A DNA stretch of 64,000 nt from a virus. Taxonomy: Duplodnaviria > Caudoviricetes. The position numbers were made by a program, and so were the translations under genes. The stretch lies in IMG/VR virus record IMGVR_UViG_3300046615_000177, positions 42,643 to 106,642 of that record, one strand, 5' to 3'. Under the pieces are notes generated by a model. It was not told the origin of the DNA. It saw nothing but the letters and a program-made list of their open reading frames with translations, and did no database searches. Of the stretch, positions 37,180 through 47,111 are shown piece by piece. Numbering within the stretch: position 1 is the stretch's first letter; every line of letters starts with the position of its first letter.

Positions 37180-38464
37180 CACTACCGACCTCCACTTCCC
37201 ACAAACAATCTGCGGCGTTCTTGTCATCCCGGAAGCGTTCGAATTGCGGGTGCCGGAACATACCTTTCTCCGTACGCTCCATAGCGCTGACTTCGATGAC
37301 TTGACCCTTCAAGTCCTCGATCAGGTCTGTGAACATATCCCGGACGCCGTCGTCCATTCCAGAGCAGGTGCCTGCCTCTACCAGCTCACGTACGCCCTCT
37401 GCATTCTCCTTGTAGAGGCCGAACACAATGGAGCCAATCCATCCGTGGTAGAAGAACCTGCTGATTGGCCGGATGGTATCCCAGTCTGCGTGCTTATACG
37501 CTTCCTCAGAGCCAGACAGCTCCGCTTTGCTGCCGTTCGCATACTGCCAGTACTTCCACGTCGCTAGTTCCGAAGTCTTTCCCTTGTGCTCGACTTCCGG
37601 TGGTAGGGTTCCCAGCACGATAACATCCGCGAATATCTTACCCTTCACCCGGTACCAGTACTTTTGCGGGCGTTTGTCACACTGGTAGTCGCTGTTGATA
37701 TTCTTAAATACGATACCCTCTTCACCGTTCTCCTCTGCCCACTTCAGAAGGGCGCGCTTGGCGCTCTCGCCCTCAAACGGGCTGGAGATGTGGATGTAGT
37801 CTTCGGAGCTGGTGCCCTCAATGTTCTGCTCGTAGAACTTTTCCAGCGCATCGCGGCGTACCGTCCACGGCTGCTTCCGAAGGTCATTACCATTCTCGTC
37901 ATAGGTCATTTCAAACAGCATGTAGTGTACCGGGCCATGGTCCGCTCGAAGGAAGGCGGCACTATCTTTGTCGATCTTGATCTCCGGGTCTTCTTCCTGC
38001 TCCTTCCACAGCCACATACCTGCGTCCTCGTTAAAATCGTAAATACCGAATCCTTGGCGCATACGCGCCTTCCACCCGTCGCACCCCATGATGCTGGTAA
38101 CATGGTTGGACTTCTTTTGCGGGTAGTACACTTCGCCCTCCACGATCATCCTCGGCCACGCCTTTAGGGCGTTTTGGAGGTGAGGAACGTTGTCCGTCTT
38201 CTCGACGGGCATTCCCAGCGTCTCCGGCTTTTTCTTGTTCTCACTCTTCTTGCGGCTAAAGAATCTGCCGCCGATACTGGTATAGCGGTTGCCGTCGCGC
38301 TTCAGCTCTGCGATGTAGGTATCATCTGCAAACATCTTATCAACCTTGCCGTCGGAGTTGTTCACGTTCATAGGGATGTACGGGACATCCCACCCGAACT
38401 GCTGCATTAGCTGCTTCATCTCTTCGGCCACTCCCTTCCCCCGATCGGCTCTGTAGGTTTCCAA
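37172..38464 (-). CDS. lig: ATP-dependent DNA ligase
   Basis: Motif I ELKRDGNR, VEGEV, EGIVFK, RHPQFERFRDDK. Confidence 0.9.
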   Translation of the reverse strand: METYRADRGKGVAEEMKQLMQQFGWDVPYIPMNVNNSDGKVDKMFADDTYIAELKRDGNRYTSIGGRFFSRKKSENKKKPETLGMPVEKTDNVPHLQNALKAWPRMIVEGEVYYPQKKSNHVTSIMGCDGWKARMRQGFGIYDFNEDAGMWLWKEQEEDPEIKIDKDSAAFLRADHGPVHYMLFEMTYDENGNDLRKQPWTVRRDALEKFYEQNIEGTSSEDYIHISSPFEGESAKRALLKWAEENGEEGIVFKNINSDYQCDKRPQKYWYRVKGKIFADVIVLGTLPPEVEHKGKTSELATWKYWQYANGSKAELSGSEEAYKHADWDTIRPISRFFYHGWIGSIVFGLYKENAEGVRELVEAGTCSGMDDGVRDMFTDLIEDLKGQVIEVSAMERTEKGMFRHPQFERFRDDKNAADCLWEVEVGSDG

Positions 38465-38913
38465 TCATCCCCCGGCCTACGCCGCCCTTCCGGCGCTAGC
38501 ACATTAATAAACATGCCACCACGGTACTCTGCCGGAACGTCAATCGCTGGGTAAAAGGCATCGGCTGAGACGGTAACTATCGTGTACTTTACGCCGTTAC
38601 CAAGGAACTTCCGAAGTACTCGTTTCGGGATAAGCTTAATCCAGCGCATCTTCTTAGGGTCTTGTGTCCATACAGTCAGCAGCTGCTCCTTTAGCGCCTC
38701 CACCCAGTTCTCCGGGTACCGAACTTTTACGGCGTGGTCTACCCGGTGCTTAGCTATCAGAGACACCAATTGGTAGGCGACGCGGTCCGGTTCCTCCTGA
38801 GCGCTTATGACCATGTTGCGAATCCCTTCAGGATACTTCTTTGCGTAGGTAGTAGCAGCCTGCCGTACTACGTCCAGCCTTATCATCCTCTGCTCATAGG
38901 TGTCGTGGCTCAT
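38416..38913 (-). CDS. Hypothetical protein
   Basis: RBS TAGGAG. Confidence 0.65.
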   Translation of the reverse strand: MSHDTYEQRMIRLDVVRQAATTYAKKYPEGIRNMVISAQEEPDRVAYQLVSLIAKHRVDHAVKVRYPENWVEALKEQLLTVWTQDPKKMRWIKLIPKRVLRKFLGNGVKYTIVTVSADAFYPAIDVPAEYRGGMFINVLAPEGRRRPGDDWKPTEPIGGREWPKR

Positions 38914-38974
38914 TTTACCAGCTCCTAAGTAATGGTGAAGGCTTCCAAACTTCGGAAGCCCTCCCGGTAGTATC

Positions 38975-40522
38975 CTACAGCTTGATGACCTTGTTAACGT
39001 GCCCGCAGAAGGTGCACTTCTTCGTCAGCCCCGGACCAAGTTTCTGGTAGGTGACTTCCTTTTTACAGTTCGTGCAGGTGATCGCCTTCTGACCGTCGAC
39101 GATACGCTCTTCCGCCTCCACCGCTGGGGTAGGCGCTCCCAGTATAAGCTCCCCGGTAGCCGTGAACATATCCTTGGCTCCGTTCATGGCCGTCTTCTCA
39201 GCTTCGGAAGCCGTGAGCGTTGCCTGTGCCGATGGGGAAAGGTCTGTGCCTGCTTCAGGTGCCTCGTCTACGAGGAACTTGGTATAATCCAGCGCTCCGA
39301 TGTCTACCAGTTGCAGGAATCCATCCTGATCTACACCCTTCGGAACCTTGCGGCTGTCGATACGGATAAGGGATACCTGCCCAGCATTGTCGTCCTCGAA
39401 GCTCCACACCAGCTCTTCAGGGCACGATACCCAAGCGGCGGCTGGACGTACAGCCAGCCCGTTTGTCTGCGGGTTCCAGCAATGGTCGTAGTACTCACAG
39501 TACTGTGGCTGGTTATCTCGGTGCCCCCACGAGCACGGGAATCCGTCTGGCTTGTCAGAGCAGCGGTCCGGTACCAGTCGAGCGATAGCGGCGAGGTCGC
39601 CTTCAGCATCGGCCTTCTGAAGTTCTTCGACTACGCTCCACAGCCGGGAGATGCGAGGCACTACACCTTCACGGGTGTCGTCTCCGTAAAATCTGCCGCT
39701 GTCAATCTTGATGCGCACAACGTCCGGGGCCATCTCACCGTGCAGCTCAGTTTCCCAGTCCAGTTCCACACCGTCGTAGAAGTCCGTCCACAGAATCTGC
39801 ACTTCCACCGTGTCGTTGTTGTCCTTCGACTCAATGTAGATCGAGCCATATGGTGTTCCCAGCATGTACATGTAGAAACTGATCTGATCAACGTAGCCAG
39901 TAATCTTCGATACGTCGCGCTTATTCTTGATGTCCTTAAACCCGTATGGGTTCATGGTCTTGATATCGGCCACCATTGTGCGCGGCTGGTAAGTATCCAG
40001 CGGTGTGACCACACCGCCCTCGATGGAGAACAGCCCAATCTGCTGCCCGTACTCAGGATCGAGGTCAACCACAATTTCCCATTCCCCAGTGTCCTCATTA
40101 CGCACGGACTCCACTTTAGCCTTGCCTGTCGCGTGTGCGCGGATGATGTTCAGGTCAAGCTCCCCATCGTAGTGCCCGGCCCACTCCCACGGAAACTCCT
40201 TCAAATATTCATCGTTCTTCGAGGATAGCCGCCGCTCCATGGAAACCAGCACGCCCATCTCTTCCCATGCCCGCTGAAAGCGCTCGTGCACGAAGTCGCC
40301 GTTCTCCAGTTGGCGGAGGTTCTTAGCTGCCTTGCCGACCTTCGGAAGGTGGTGACCGAAGAAGCTGTACACAATCTTGCGGTCGTCGCTGCCCAGTTCG
40401 GAAGCCCGAAAGAACTTCTTTGCTCCGTTGTTCGATCCTGTCATGTCGGTGTACTGTGCCTTTACGTTTTCCTTGTGTTCCCGCTTAGCCACCTGAAATG
40501 AATCCATAGCACTTGATAACAC
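38975..40522 (-). CDS. PD-(D/E)XK (Cas4-like/recombination) nuclease with C-terminal zinc ribbon
   Basis: G.FVHE.FQ, GHYDG, VADIKT, QISFY; C-terminal Cys clusters. Confidence 0.7.
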   Translation of the reverse strand: MLSSAMDSFQVAKREHKENVKAQYTDMTGSNNGAKKFFRASELGSDDRKIVYSFFGHHLPKVGKAAKNLRQLENGDFVHERFQRAWEEMGVLVSMERRLSSKNDEYLKEFPWEWAGHYDGELDLNIIRAHATGKAKVESVRNEDTGEWEIVVDLDPEYGQQIGLFSIEGGVVTPLDTYQPRTMVADIKTMNPYGFKDIKNKRDVSKITGYVDQISFYMYMLGTPYGSIYIESKDNNDTVEVQILWTDFYDGVELDWETELHGEMAPDVVRIKIDSGRFYGDDTREGVVPRISRLWSVVEELQKADAEGDLAAIARLVPDRCSDKPDGFPCSWGHRDNQPQYCEYYDHCWNPQTNGLAVRPAAAWVSCPEELVWSFEDDNAGQVSLIRIDSRKVPKGVDQDGFLQLVDIGALDYTKFLVDEAPEAGTDLSPSAQATLTASEAEKTAMNGAKDMFTATGELILGAPTPAVEAEERIVDGQKAITCTNCKKEVTYQKLGPGLTKKCTFCGHVNKVIKL

Positions 40523-40537
40523 TGATAACCAGCCCCT

Positions 40538-40657
40538 TGTCGAATAAAGTAGAATTGTGTTAGTTCGTACTTTATTCTACCTTCAGCCTGTACAAGTGTC
40601 AACAAGTTTTTACAAGTTTGAACAACTTTCGACAAAGAAAAGACGACTCTTGTCGAA
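40538..40657 (-). promoter_or_regulatory. Sigma-A promoter TTGACA-17-TAGAAT (40574-40602) with a 10-bp repeat/Spo0A-box array
   Basis: ACAAGTGTCA ACAAGTTTTT ACAAGTTTGA ACAACTTTCG ACAA; perfect boxes at 40538, 40628, 40651. Confidence 0.78.
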
Positions 40658-40679
40658 TCGTCTCCCTTAGTGCGGTATG

Positions 40680-41036
40680 CTATTTTAAGTAGTACGTTTC
40701 CAGCGCATCTATCGCGCTCTCTGCTAACTTCCGTACCCTACCAAATTCCTCGCTAAGTGCGACAACAAGATTACCTTTAATTGCCTCAACGCCGTCGAAC
40801 ACCCATACATGAGCAGAAGCGCTGCGTGTACTTTGTACGTTTAGTACAATCTCGCCCACGCTGTCCTTCGGAATGTTCCGGGAGCGCTTAGGTGCATCGT
40901 TACAAGTCTCTCGAACCATGTAGCTCTTAGGCGTGTCGTTAGTCACGGTGTACTCGGTAACATTAGCTGACACCTCTTGGTCTGATCCTCCCGTGTACAC
41001 CACAACTACCCTAAACAGTTTGGTGGGCGATGTCAT
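40680..41036 (-). CDS. Hypothetical protein
   Basis: ATGA-coupled to dut. Confidence 0.6.
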   Translation of the reverse strand: MTSPTKLFRVVVVYTGGSDQEVSANVTEYTVTNDTPKSYMVRETCNDAPKRSRNIPKDSVGEIVLNVQSTRSASAHVWVFDGVEAIKGNLVVALSEEFGRVRKLAESAIDALETYYLK

Positions 41037-41761
41037 CCTTGCACCCCCGTACTTCCGAAGCCGTCTGTTCCACGGTCGGTGTCCGTACTGACCTTTCCTT
41101 CAACGATCTCCAGCGGGCGGATGACCTCCACCAGCACGAGCTGCGCAATACGATCACCCTTCCGAATCAGGTAGGTGCCGTGTGCGTTGGCTGTGAAGTT
41201 CCCAGTGAATATGTGCCCGCCGTCGATGGCCCGAACGTACGAGCTGGTCATCTTGTGCAGCTCGACCCGTGTCACCGCGTTGGTGTCGTCATCCCGCTCA
41301 TGCTCGACTTCGAACTCCGCCCATGCGTTGTTGTCTATGATGATCTTCAACTCACCTCGGAAGGTGTTGTCGATAGTGCCCGGCGCATTGCTCACCCGGA
41401 GGGCAGACTTCGCGCTTACACCGGAACGCGGGCGTGCCTGCATCTCCCAGCGGTACCCCAGCTCGTGGAACGGGTGGCGCGGAATAGCCACCAGCAAGCC
41501 CAGCGGAATCAGCGCTGTCTCACCCGGTGTCAGCATGATATCCTCCACCGCATACACGTCCATGCCGCTGTCTCCATCCTTTGCGTACTTCGGAAGTACT
41601 GCATCAGGGTGGATGCGTTCGAACGTGAGGCGGGTCATCACCGGAACGACCTTACCATCACCATACCCAGCAAGCCGCGAACCCTGCGCCTTCAGCTCTC
41701 TATAGTAACCTGTCTCTCTACCACTCTCGTTGAAGTACATTGTTCCGTTATCTTCGTACAT
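41033..41761 (-). CDS. dut: Trimeric dUTPase with an internal insertion
   Basis: GDSGMDV, RPRSG, APGTIDNTFRGE, GDRIAQL, RGTDGFGSTG. Confidence 0.92.
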   Translation of the reverse strand: MYEDNGTMYFNESGRETGYYRELKAQGSRLAGYGDGKVVPVMTRLTFERIHPDAVLPKYAKDGDSGMDVYAVEDIMLTPGETALIPLGLLVAIPRHPFHELGYRWEMQARPRSGVSAKSALRVSNAPGTIDNTFRGELKIIIDNNAWAEFEVEHERDDDTNAVTRVELHKMTSSYVRAIDGGHIFTGNFTANAHGTYLIRKGDRIAQLVLVEVIRPLEIVEGKVSTDTDRGTDGFGSTGVQG

Positions 41762-41816
41762 TGCTACCAGCTCCTTTTAATATTGGGAGCCAAGGAAGGC
41801 TCCCGTATGAGTACTC

Positions 41817-44207
41817 TTATCTAATTGGGCATGCGCCGCTTTCGCAGTCTGCCCCTTCCAGCTCTACTTCCTGCCCGTGGTCGAACTTCCGAAGGATGTC
41901 CATATCGAAGTCGGACATCGCCGCCACCAGCTCGTCGTATCGTTCTGGGTTCTGCTCGTAAGGTGCGAGCTGATAGGACCCTCCGTCCTTCGCAAGGAAG
42001 GAGACTCCGACAAAGTCGTTCCAGTTGGTGTGCACGATCCCGGAAGCTACCATCCACTCTGAAGGGTCCAGCACGATAGTATTCGAGCTGTTGTGGTCGG
42101 TGTAGTGTGCTTGGAACCGGAAGTAGTTATCAAACTGCTGGTACACATCAACGTCCTGCTCGGTCAGCTTAGCCTCCGACTTAATAGGGAAGTCAACAAC
42201 CAGCGTCCGGGCGTTAGACAGCTTCTCAGCGTCCGTATCCCCTTCTGTACCCACTTCCGGCGACACTGTCCAGCCTGCATGCTCCTGCACAGCCTTCGCC
42301 AGCGGGTCAACTGAGTTGATGCGGATACGGCGTACGCCCTTCCGAACCTTGGCGAAGTGCAATCCGCTCGATCCTGCACCTAGTACCAACGTCAGCGTGC
42401 CCTCTGGCTTCACGGTAGTGACCAGCAACGGTGTAGGAACGCGCAGCTCACGGGCGTACGCTTCCGCCGTTACGTTAGCGGTCTCCCGCAGGTCATGCAG
42501 CAGGTCCGCTTCAGTCTCTTCAGAAGCTCCAATCTCGCCCATAGCATCCTTCCACCCGGTTAGACTCACGCCCAGCAGGACGTCCTGCTTCTGGCGCGCA
42601 TCCCAGTTCGGAAGTTCGAGGGTAACCAGCGTCATCCGAAGCCCCGCCCGCGTAGATAGTATCTGCGCGTCGATCAGTCCTTCGTAGTCCAGCCTACCAT
42701 TCTGCACGAACGCTTTGACGTTGATGGTAGTCAGGTTGCACACACCCTTGCTATACAGGTCAATCTCGCCGCACGGGTTCACCCCAAGGTAGTAGGCCAG
42801 AGCGAGGATCGCTTCCTCTGTTGGCTCCACGCCCAGACGGTTCAGGCGGCGGATAGCCAGCTCCCGGAGGTTGACGAAGCCCGGCTCGCCTTCCTTCTGC
42901 ATGACCTCGAATAGGAAGTCGAGGAAGCTCTGCTCTGGCTGGTGCAGGAATCCGATAGAGTTATTCGACATCCGGCGGTGGTGCAGGGCACGCTCTTCGT
43001 TGCAGGGGTACGGGTAGTACTCGATACCCTGTCTTGCAGCGTAGGCGATAGCTACATCTACATCTGGGGTCTTCAAGCGTACGCTGCCCTTATCGTCCTT
43101 GACGACATACCACTTCACGGCCAGTGTGTCCCAAAACGCAGGTACCGGAATACCCAGCGCTTCCATGCGGCCACGGAGATACTCATGATGGGCGAATCCT
43201 TCCTCGCCCCATATACCGTTAATGCCGTACTTGGCAAAGATGAATTCCCAATCATCGGCAGCACCAAGGGCAATTTCTGCCGTTCTGCGCACGCCTCCAA
43301 CTACAACGTTATAGCCGATCAGGTTGCACATATCCACCACATGAATGGGGCGCACCTTCACGTACCCATTACCGACATCCTCCAGCGGGGCGAGGAACGG
43401 GTCGATTTGGTTGTTCAGGACTTTCATAAAGCCCTCGAACATCTCCATCAGCGGGATGTGCCCGGACGCAGTGCCTCCGAACGTTTTCAGCGCCTCCCCG
43501 TTAGGGCGCACCCAGTCATAGTTGAAGACGATGGTCTTGATACTTGCGTATTGCGCTTCGGTCAGTATTTGTAAGAACTTCCGAAGTGCATCCACCCATC
43601 CTTCCTTGCTGTCACCCACTCGGATATAGGCTGTTGTTAACACGGCCTGTGTGATAAGGTCGGTCTTATCCTCGCGGTCCCACTTCGGAACTGGTTCATA
43701 GGAGTCATGCACGACCTTCACGTTGCTGCGGATTGGGGCAAGTTTCGCTGCCATTTCCGGGATGCTCTTAAATCCGACGCCCGTACCTACGAGCAGCAGG
43801 TAGAAGGCTTCCGCGAGGTCTTCCCACGTTTCGGTGATCGTAAAGGAGCAGTTGAAGTTCGCCAGCGGGTACTTGTCAGCTACGCCGTTCTCGGCTCCAC
43901 CTACCCACATTGTGCGCCCAGATAGGGCCTGCTTCAGCCCGAACATGTTGTCAAACAACATCCGAAGCTCTTTGCGCATGCGTTCGCGCGGGATCGGAAG
44001 GCCAAGCTTCAGGCGGTGCTTCATTTCAAGTCCTACGCTGTATGTTGAAGCCCGCAGCACTGTCTCCCGGAAGAATTCCCGGCGCTTCTCGCGTGGTAAC
44101 GGACGTGAATATGTTCTGAGGTACGTAAACTTTCCAATAGGTGTCATATGGTCCGGGAACTCCGGGTATTTCGCGACTTCCTCGGCTGACAGTTCGATAT
44201 CTTTCAT
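41817..44207 (-). CDS. nrdJ: Class II (adenosylcobalamin-dependent, monomeric RTPR-type) ribonucleotide reductase
   Basis: RTYSR, NFNC, VVVGGVRRTAEI, NPCGEI, CNL, VKPEGT, C-terminal CESGACPIR. Confidence 0.92.
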   Translation of the reverse strand: MKDIELSAEEVAKYPEFPDHMTPIGKFTYLRTYSRPLPREKRREFFRETVLRASTYSVGLEMKHRLKLGLPIPRERMRKELRMLFDNMFGLKQALSGRTMWVGGAENGVADKYPLANFNCSFTITETWEDLAEAFYLLLVGTGVGFKSIPEMAAKLAPIRSNVKVVHDSYEPVPKWDREDKTDLITQAVLTTAYIRVGDSKEGWVDALRKFLQILTEAQYASIKTIVFNYDWVRPNGEALKTFGGTASGHIPLMEMFEGFMKVLNNQIDPFLAPLEDVGNGYVKVRPIHVVDMCNLIGYNVVVGGVRRTAEIALGAADDWEFIFAKYGINGIWGEEGFAHHEYLRGRMEALGIPVPAFWDTLAVKWYVVKDDKGSVRLKTPDVDVAIAYAARQGIEYYPYPCNEERALHHRRMSNNSIGFLHQPEQSFLDFLFEVMQKEGEPGFVNLRELAIRRLNRLGVEPTEEAILALAYYLGVNPCGEIDLYSKGVCNLTTINVKAFVQNGRLDYEGLIDAQILSTRAGLRMTLVTLELPNWDARQKQDVLLGVSLTGWKDAMGEIGASEETEADLLHDLRETANVTAEAYARELRVPTPLLVTTVKPEGTLTLVLGAGSSGLHFAKVRKGVRRIRINSVDPLAKAVQEHAGWTVSPEVGTEGDTDAEKLSNARTLVVDFPIKSEAKLTEQDVDVYQQFDNYFRFQAHYTDHNSSNTIVLDPSEWMVASGIVHTNWNDFVGVSFLAKDGGSYQLAPYEQNPERYDELVAAMSDFDMDILRKFDHGQEVELEGADCESGACPIR

Positions 44208-44229
44208 GGTTGTTCCCCCAGTGTGTAGG

Positions 44230-44748
44230 CTACCTTCTCGCTAGTAGCTCGAAGGTGCATAACCCAATCGCCGCACTATCCCAAACGTGATCAGGTTGAC
44301 GCGCCAACATAACACGGGACTCAGGAAGACGCTGCATGACGTAGTGCTGGACCTGCGCTTTGTTGGCTCTTCCGGCCTTCAGAAGCGTACGTTTCCAGAA
44401 TGCATTCTCATACACCGCCGTTTCTAGGCCCAGCTCCCGACCTACCATGCGGAAGTGCTCTGTTAACCACGACATTTCTTTATAGGTCTTGCCCACGAGC
44501 TTACCCTGCTCGGTAAAATCCTCAATGGCAATATGCGTCGAGTGGCAGTTTGTGGCAAGGGTCCGCAAGCTCTCCCCCAGTGAGTCGATGCGCTCACGAA
44601 CTTCGGCGGTGCCTCCTTGCTCCTTAGCGGTCTTCAGAAGTCCATAGCGTTCCAGCCTCACCCTACGGGTTGTGGGATCACCTACAAGTAGTGAATACCC
44701 AGTATTGGCCGTACCGGGGTCAAGCCCTATAATGCGGACCGTGCTCAT
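44230..44748 (-). CDS. ruvC: RuvC-like Holliday junction resolvase
   Basis: IIGLDPGTANTG, IAIED, ANKAQV, DHVWDSAAIG. Confidence 0.88.
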   Translation of the reverse strand: MSTVRIIGLDPGTANTGYSLLVGDPTTRRVRLERYGLLKTAKEQGGTAEVRERIDSLGESLRTLATNCHSTHIAIEDFTEQGKLVGKTYKEMSWLTEHFRMVGRELGLETAVYENAFWKRTLLKAGRANKAQVQHYVMQRLPESRVMLARQPDHVWDSAAIGLCTFELLARR

Positions 44749-45371
44749 TTGAACCGCCCCGGCAAGCGCTTCAGGGTAACATCCAGCAGGTTGGCCGTCA
44801 CTACTGCCATAGGGCGATTAGCAACCACCTTCACGAACCGCTCGTCTGTCTGTGCCAGTTGGAGCATACCATCATTGATCTTCTTGAAGAAGGCGTCTCC
44901 CAGCCTCTCGAATCGGTCGTCGTTCGGAACCTTACGGTGGCTCTCGCCTGTCAGCACAAAGGTTAGATCAGGCATCAATGCACCCGTAGTGGCTTGGTGG
45001 AGCCGCAGGAGAAACGCTTTCCGCCAGCCGCGTCCGTGCCCTTGGTAGACCGTTGTGCTATCGACATAGCGGTCGCATACGACGATCTTCCCGGCCATTA
45101 TCGCAGGCTTCAAGACTTCTTTGTAGTGCTGTGCACGGTCTGCCATGATGATGAACAGCTCTGCCGCATTGGAAATGTCGCGCGCCGGGTCAAGGTACAG
45201 CTCCCGTAGCTTCTGCCCCAGCTCTGTACCTCCTGTCTCCCTTGTCCATACCGCGTCGTACCCACGCTTCCGAAGCTCTTCTACAAGAAGGTGGGACTGT
45301 GTAGTTCCACCCAGTCCTTCCACGGTCTTCTCAAAGGTGATGAAAAACCCTTTGCGCTCGCTGGCTCTCAT
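44745..45371 (-). CDS. tmk: Thymidylate kinase-like protein with a deviant P-loop
   Basis: [38 protein letters not shown]; P-loop reads EGLGGTT. Confidence 0.85.
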   Translation of the reverse strand: MRASERKGFFITFEKTVEGLGGTTQSHLLVEELRKRGYDAVWTRETGGTELGQKLRELYLDPARDISNAAELFIIMADRAQHYKEVLKPAIMAGKIVVCDRYVDSTTVYQGHGRGWRKAFLLRLHQATTGALMPDLTFVLTGESHRKVPNDDRFERLGDAFFKKINDGMLQLAQTDERFVKVVANRPMAVVTANLLDVTLKRLPGRFK

Positions 45372-46222
45372 ACGCTAACTTCCCCTTTAATGGCAGGATG
45401 CGGGTCGTACCCGGTCAGCACGAAGTCTTCATACACGAAGTCGTCAATGCACTTCACGTCCGGGTTAAGAATCATACGCGGGCGTAGTCTAGGGTACCGC
45501 AGAATCTGCTCGCTGACCTGCGGAAGGTGGTTCGTGTAGATATGAGCATCACCGATGGTGTGGACAAGTTCTCCCGGCTCCAGATCGGTCACCTGCGCTA
45601 TCATCATCGTAAGCAGGGCAGCAGAGGCGATATTGAATGGAAGCCCAAGGAACACATCCGCCGACCGCTGGTACACCTGACACGACAGCCGTCCGTCTGC
45701 TACGTAGAACTGATAAAGCACATGGCATGGCGGGAGTTTCATCTGCGAAAGCTCAGCCACGTTCCAAGCGTCGATGATCATGCGGCGGCTATCCGGGTTT
45801 ACCTTGATCTGCTCGATGACGTCTGCTACTTGGTCGATCTCGAAGCGCCGGAATCGGCTCGTGTAGCCTCGCGGCGAGTCATGGAACGTGAAGCTGCTGG
45901 ATACTGGTTCGTACGCCGGGTACCTTCTCCACTGACTTCCATAGACAGGCCCAAGCTCTCCGTTCTCGTCAGCCCATGCATCCCAGATTGTAACGCCGTT
46001 CTCCTTCAGGTACTTAATGTTTGTCTCACCCTTTAGGAACCACAGCAGCTCATGGACAATCGACTTCAGGTGCACCTTCTTGGTGGTGACTAGTGGGAAA
46101 CCATCCCGCAGGTCGAAACGTAGATGCCGCCCAAACACAGATAGTGTGCCTGTCCCTGTGCGGTCTTCTTTCTTCGTACCGTCCTTCAAAATCTGGCGGC
46201 ACAGCTCGACGTATTGACGCAT
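45368..46222 (-). CDS. thyA: Thymidylate synthase ThyA
   Basis: [45 protein letters not shown]. Confidence 0.96.
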   Translation of the reverse strand: MRQYVELCRQILKDGTKKEDRTGTGTLSVFGRHLRFDLRDGFPLVTTKKVHLKSIVHELLWFLKGETNIKYLKENGVTIWDAWADENGELGPVYGSQWRRYPAYEPVSSSFTFHDSPRGYTSRFRRFEIDQVADVIEQIKVNPDSRRMIIDAWNVAELSQMKLPPCHVLYQFYVADGRLSCQVYQRSADVFLGLPFNIASAALLTMMIAQVTDLEPGELVHTIGDAHIYTNHLPQVSEQILRYPRLRPRMILNPDVKCIDDFVYEDFVLTGYDPHPAIKGEVSV

Positions 46223-46388
46223 ATTGCCAGCTCCTTAATTTTTTGCCCCACCATTCTAGCATCGGGCTTTTCGTTTTGTCTTCCCTAAAGAAATGTACTT
46301 CCGAAGCTTCTACTATCGTTAAGTAAGCGCTCCGTATGAATCGGAAGGCCTTCGCCCCGTTCCCGCAGCTACAGCCTTCCGAAGCTCG

Positions 46389-46739
46389 TCACTCGAAGTG
46401 ATAGAACGGCTCGTCGATGTCTTCTTGAATAAAGACCACACCATGAGATAGCCTTATGTTGCGCACGACAGGAGCGTAGGCTGGAACCAGTGCTCGCAGC
46501 TCTTCCCGCTGATAAAACCCTTCAATACGAGAAAGATGCCCGATAATCTCCGGGTTGACGACCAGTGTCTTAGGAGTCTGCCCTGTCCAGTGGTAGTATG
46601 ACAGGTTATGATTCTCCATCTCGTGAAAGAAAAAGTCCAGTTGGTTGGCGGCCGATTCCTGCGCTTTGGCAATCAGCTTATCTACAATGCTCTGCGATTC
46701 GACTTTACCCATGATGTCGCTCACGTTATATTCATCCAC
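46389..46739 (-). CDS. Hypothetical protein
   Basis: GTG after AAGGGAG. Confidence 0.6.
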   Translation of the reverse strand: MDEYNVSDIMGKVESQSIVDKLIAKAQESAANQLDFFFHEMENHNLSYYHWTGQTPKTLVVNPEIIGHLSRIEGFYQREELRALVPAYAPVVRNIRLSHGVVFIQEDIDEPFYHFE

Positions 46740-46884
46740 GCTGTACCGCTCCCTTCCGAAGCATATCTCCTATAGCGTCAGCAGCTTCGCTGTACCCCAT
46801 TTGGCTCTTAAGCATCTCTTCCTTGCCGGGCACCCAGCGATACCCGAACTGCCGCATCCATTCACTAAACGTCTTTGTCTCCAT
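46732..46884 (-). CDS. Small hypothetical protein (50 aa)
   Basis: Strong RBS AAGGAGGTGA before METKTFSEW. Confidence 0.6.
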   Translation of the reverse strand: METKTFSEWMRQFGYRWVPGKEEMLKSQMGYSEAADAIGDMLRKGAVQRG

Positions 46885-46898
46885 TAGCTTTCACCTCC

Positions 46899-47111
46899 TT
46901 AGAGCTTATTCACTTTGCGGAACAGGTGGTGCGCAGGAAGGCCCTCACTTCGGAAGGTCGCCCTGCACTGCTTCATCTGCTCCGTTTCCCCTACATACAT
47001 CCATCCGACCTGAAAGCCAGAGGTACGAGAGATGTCGAGCCGTATTTCCAGCCCGAAGTCCTTTGCTCTCTTGACGAAGTCACCTGTGTGTACCAGCTTG
47101 TAGGGTTCCAT
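46899..47111 (-). CDS. Hypothetical protein
   Basis: Abuts the polymerase stop codon. Confidence 0.5.
   Translation of the reverse strand: MEPYKLVHTGDFVKRAKDFGLEIRLDISRTSGFQVGWMYVGETEQMKQCRATFRSEGLPAHHLFRKVNKL

Noticed and set aside
45368-46222. ThyA as a dCMP/dUMP hydroxymethylase for modified DNA
   Set aside because: The sequence is a canonical bacterial-type ThyA with the dUMP-specific Asn, and no base-modification gene cluster is visible in this window.
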